A stretch of DNA of 63,538 bases, filler included, from Octopus bimaculoides (lineage: Eukaryota): NCBI RefSeq assembly GCF_001194135.2. It is 7 parts of 7 records of this genome, joined end to end, with 100 filler letters (N's around TTAATTAATTAA, not from the genome) between each part and the next. Parts side by side here need not be neighbours in the genome. Positions count along the whole stretch, not along the records: positions 59,397 to 61,612 come from NC_069001.1; positions 61,713 to 63,538 come from NW_026423138.1; 5 more parts are not named here. One strand, written 5' to 3'. Both the position numbers and the translations under genes were made by a program. A model generated the notes under the pieces. That model was not told where the DNA came from and made no database searches. It worked only from the letters and a program-made list of their open reading frames with translations. This document shows positions 59,683 to 63,538 of the stretch, piece after piece. Each line of letters opens with the position of its first letter. The first letter of the stretch is position 1.

Positions 59683-61189
59683 CTGTATTTAACCTCCGCC
59701 TCTTCCCTCTTTATGATTTTTTTCTCCCTCTCCGTTTTAAATTCATGGTACTTCCTCGATTTATCTATAGTTTTCCTCACTAATCCCTCATATCTTTGTC
59801 TTTGACTACTATCGCCTGTCTGTCTCTATGCACGTATTTATGTATGCATGTGTTACTACTATAGTTATTGTGCTTGCCGTTTTCTCATTCCTTTGTTACC
59901 GTTAAGTTTGTCAATCTTTCGTCTTTTTCGTTTTATTTCTCTCTTCTCTTTCCCCCTCTCCCCTGTTACATTTACCTGCTTCTTTCCTGTGCATACTCCC
60001 TCTTATTCAATCCTTCTCATTTCTCCCTGCTACTCCTCTCTCTTTTCCCTAGTTTTCTGTCTGTTTCTCCTAGTTTCTCCTCAGGTATCACACCTCATTC
60101 ACACGACTTTCCTCATTTCTCCAATATTTCTCGCCTTCAACCTCTTTAGCACCCATGTAATTATTATTTCCTATTATATCACTTTTTTTTTTAATAGCGC
60201 ACTCTAATATTTTCGTTGTATATATTCTCTCGTCATCTCTCTTTTTCGCTACATCCGATTTGTCTTTCTCTCGTGTTCTTTCCTGAGCATTGTTGTTGCT
60301 ATTGTTATTTTTATAACCATAATAACGTCGATAGTGGACTTGCTGTTTAAGTTGTGAAAATCAGCAAATCCAACCTGAAAATGCATGCTCTATCATTCAC
60401 CTGATCGTTACTATTTCAAACACAAACACACACACGGTGTATGCCAAGTACCCTACCCCTATTTTTCTTAGCTTCTGTTAATATTTGTCTCCTGTTTTCT
60501 CTTCCTTTCTTCTCTCATAGCTAATCTAAACATTGGAGTAATCTCCTTATCCTTAACTTTTTAAAACGAAACAATTATAATAAAATATTTAACAGGAACT
60601 CTGCTCGACTTGTGTTGTTCATGCCTTTTCCAGAAGCATTAGTGATGTAATCAAACTGTTGTGAACGGGAAATAAGACTGAGACCCGACTCGTTAAGAAC
60701 CAAGGTCACTGACAAAGCAAGCCTGTCCATCAAAGGCATTCAAGCTATGATGATAATTATGTCCACCGGTGCTGAAAAAGAGGAAGAAGGTCGACACATT
60801 CGATTTCTCAATAAAACTTTCCATGCCCTCCATCACAGAGCAACCAGTCAAAAGTCTAGAAGAGTTCTTTGAATTAATTGTAAAAAGACTTTGCTGATGT
60901 TTAAAAATTCAAAAAGACTTTAAGGTACATTATTAAAAAGTCGTCGAGTTAAGCCTGCTACATAAATATACATACGTGTATAAGAGTGTATGTCTGATTA
61001 TATAAATTTCATTCGGATATAAATAGAAACATTATTATTTCTAAATCTCTCAAGAAATGATATTCAGTAACAGTGCTTTATATAAGGGCAAAGATATTGT
61101 GTCGTTTAGCCAGCAGGAAACGACTTTTCCTGTCGCTAAACAGCAGTAATATTCGTCCCACCCAGGACTGCCACATTATGTTGGCATGG

Positions 61190-61345
61190 CAAAAGTGAGT
61201 TGTACCTGTAATTCAAAGGACCAGACTTGTCACATTCTGTATCATGCTGAATCTCCCCGAGGACTGTGTTAAGGGTGCGCGGGTCTGTGGGGTACTCAGC
61301 CACAAGCTCGTTAATCTCGTCTTGTAACTGACGGAGTGCTAGTTA
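61190..61345 (+). mobile_element. SINE family C 3' part
   Basis: TTGTACCTGTAATTCAAAGG.CCAG.CTTGTCACATTCTG..GTTAAGGGT..GTCTGTGG.GTACTCAGCCAC. Confidence 0.65.
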
Positions 61346-62106
61346 TGTAGGCAGATTCAATCCCTGAATTTATCAACAATTATGAACCTGAGGCCTCTGC
61401 TGTTTTACATGGTTCCACAGACAACAGATGACACCCACAAAAGGAAGATCAGCTTTCTATGCAGGCCATTAGAGTAAGGAACCCTGTACAGGATCAGTAA
61501 AATCTTGCAGTTTTCGCACAAGCCTCACTGAAGGATTTGAGACAATGAACAAGATACTTCCTACAATACAGAAACGCCAAAAGACATATATATATATATA
61601 TATATATATATANNNNNNNNNNNNNNNNNNNNNNNNNNNNNNNNNNNNNNNNNNNNTTAATTAATTAANNNNNNNNNNNNNNNNNNNNNNNNNNNNNNNN
61701 NNNNNNNNNNNNTCTACGAATTAATATTCTATACTCCTTCTTGAACCACTCTTTTATCTCCCACTTTATTCTTCTGCATACTCATATTTCCGATCATCAT
61801 CTGCACACCAACCTTGTTTCTCACTCACAACACTAATCTCCAACTCCACCTGCAAACTCCATTCTCACGTTCTTATGAAAGCATTAACTCTCTCATCCCC
61901 TCCTATGATTCTCCGTCCTTGTCCATGAAAAAGATTGTTAGTGAATATATTTCAATATAAGAGATTCGTAGCTAATTATGGCATAGATTTCATGTTACCT
62001 GATTAATCATTTCGTTTTTTATAAAATGGAAGTGATCAAATACAAGTCTGCTTCAATTTCAGGAGTTTAATAACGTTTTTAAATTTGTTTTTCCTTGTGT
62101 TTACAG

Positions 62107-62214
62107 TCTGTCCACCGGGAACAATCAAGTGTAAGAATGAATATTGTTTCAATGCATCTAAAGTATGTGACAGAGTCAGGGATTGCAGTGACGGTAGCGA
62201 TGAAAATAATTGCT
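62107..62214 (+). CDS. Internal coding exon encoding one LDL-receptor class A (LDLa) module of an unidentified gene
   Basis: TTTCCTTGTGTTTACAG|...|GTAAGT; 108 nt, phase 1-1. Encodes [35 protein letters not shown] with six Cys in LDLa spacing and the D.CSDGSDE Ca2+ motif. Confidence 0.9.
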
Positions 62215-63538
62215 GTAAGTCTCCGTTTATTTTCTTCTTTTTTTCAATATGATGGTGGTCATTTCTATTTAAATGTTATGTCCTTAAAACAAAGATTTTA
62301 CTTCCAGCTGACAACTGTGACTGAGAAACGAAGATATAACACTGACATATCTACACATCAGTCTATTGGCAATAAGTTCCAGAGAATCGGCTCTGGCAAT
62401 CTCCCAATAATCTGAATTCATGAACAACTTTTCAGTCCAATTGTTAGCGATTATCATTTCTTNNNNNNNNNNNNNNNNNNNNNNNNNNNNNNNNNNNNNN
62501 NNNNNNNNNNNNNNNNNNNNNNNNNNNNNNNNNNNNNNNNNNNNNNNNNNNNNNNNNNNNNNNNNNNNNNNNNNNNNNNNNNNNNNNNNNNNNNNNNNNN
62601 NNNNNNNNNNNNNNNNNNNNTACAATCTAGTTTTGGTTCTTTGCAACATATTCCACCAATGTTCATTGTTATAGGATTTTTATTAATTTTGTTTCGAAGA
62701 AGGAGCTGTCTCCATGGAAGGTAACTATGTATCATTTGTGAGTTGGAGTAAAAAAAGACTATATAAAGTTGGTAAAAATGTTTAATGTACTGAGACGTTT
62801 TTACAGGGCTGAAAAATGTGTGGCAGGAGTTGCAATACTGGACAAAAACGTCTAGTTTGTAGGGATAGGTGATTTTATCTAAGTGTTGTAGATCAACCTC
62901 TTTGCGTAACGCACAGCATTGCACTTAGGAATGAACCAAATAAGTGACTTGGGACTGTGAGTTTCAGTTGCGTGGGGGAACTGTTTAAGAGTGTTTAAAA
63001 TTAAGGCACGCGTGTTACTAGGGATTATTAATATAGAAATGACATTCTCTGACCAGTCAGCGTGTATGAAGTGCTACAGGGTCAGGAAGTGTGAGGGACG
63101 TTGCAAATGTGAGATGTGTATTGCTCAATCATAAGGTAATGGTTGAACAATCTAATGGCTGTAGAAATGGCAAGAGCTTGGTCATGTTTGAGTCAGAATA
63201 TTAAAAAGGAATCAAGGATGAAAATAGTACGACTTTGTCGATGACGGATATGCATTAGTGACGGGGTTAGTTGATGTAGACGGCAGATGATAGGAACTGA
63301 TTCGGTCTCTCCATCTATGGCATTAGTATGCGATGAGGGGCTGAGACAAGAAAAGTTACGATTGTGTAACTGTCTAAGGACGATGAGTTCAAAGAGTGCA
63401 GTAATATAATATAGATGTAGAATGACAAACATTGAAGTGTTGTTGGTATTTTGGGGAGATTAAAGGCGGTAAGGGATTCAGTTTCGTAAGACACATAAAT
63501 ACTCGTCTTTTTTATGTTTTATCATATACATATATATA

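Noticed and set aside
61104-61141. 7+7-bp hairpin
   Set aside because: It is a single instance near a SINE fragment, with no recognisable RNA family.
22703-61692. Recurring TTAATTAATTAA palindromes
   Set aside because: They always sit inside N runs and give six-frame stops. They are scaffolding spacers, not biology.
62760-63480. Possible CR1-like LINE remnant on the minus strand
   Set aside because: Only vague motif resemblance, and the order of the fragments could not be reconciled.

Overview
This is repeat-dense eukaryotic draft-assembly DNA with many N gaps and six artificial TTAATTAATTAA gap spacers. The SINE families and microsatellite load look like an octopus/cephalopod genome, which is an inference from recalled repeat sequences, not a search. 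Only one host exon is convincing: a phase 1-1 LDL-receptor class A exon at 62107-62214 (+). There is also a candidate 14-nt microexon at 25569, so much of the window may be intron. Three tRNA-Asp(GUC) genes lie at 14953-19724: two are identical and look intact, and one has a broken T-stem. The rest is transposable-element debris: hAT, mariner, maT/Tc1-like, Helitron, Helentron-like, piggyBac/hAT/Tc1/Merlin-or-MULE-type MITEs, Tx1, RTE, CRE and R4-like LINE fossils, and at least five tRNA-headed SINE families. The most interesting signal is a minimal type-I hammerhead-ribozyme scaffold in at least three unrelated small repeat families, with different stem sequences but the same junction. One of these families is a tRNA-headed SINE whose copy at 47460-47505 has an intact catalytic core. 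Also notable: a Helitron end and a long-TIR MITE sit at the same homologous 8-bp site about 70 bp downstream of two tandem tRNA-Asp genes. All family assignments come from motif recognition by eye; no database search was run.
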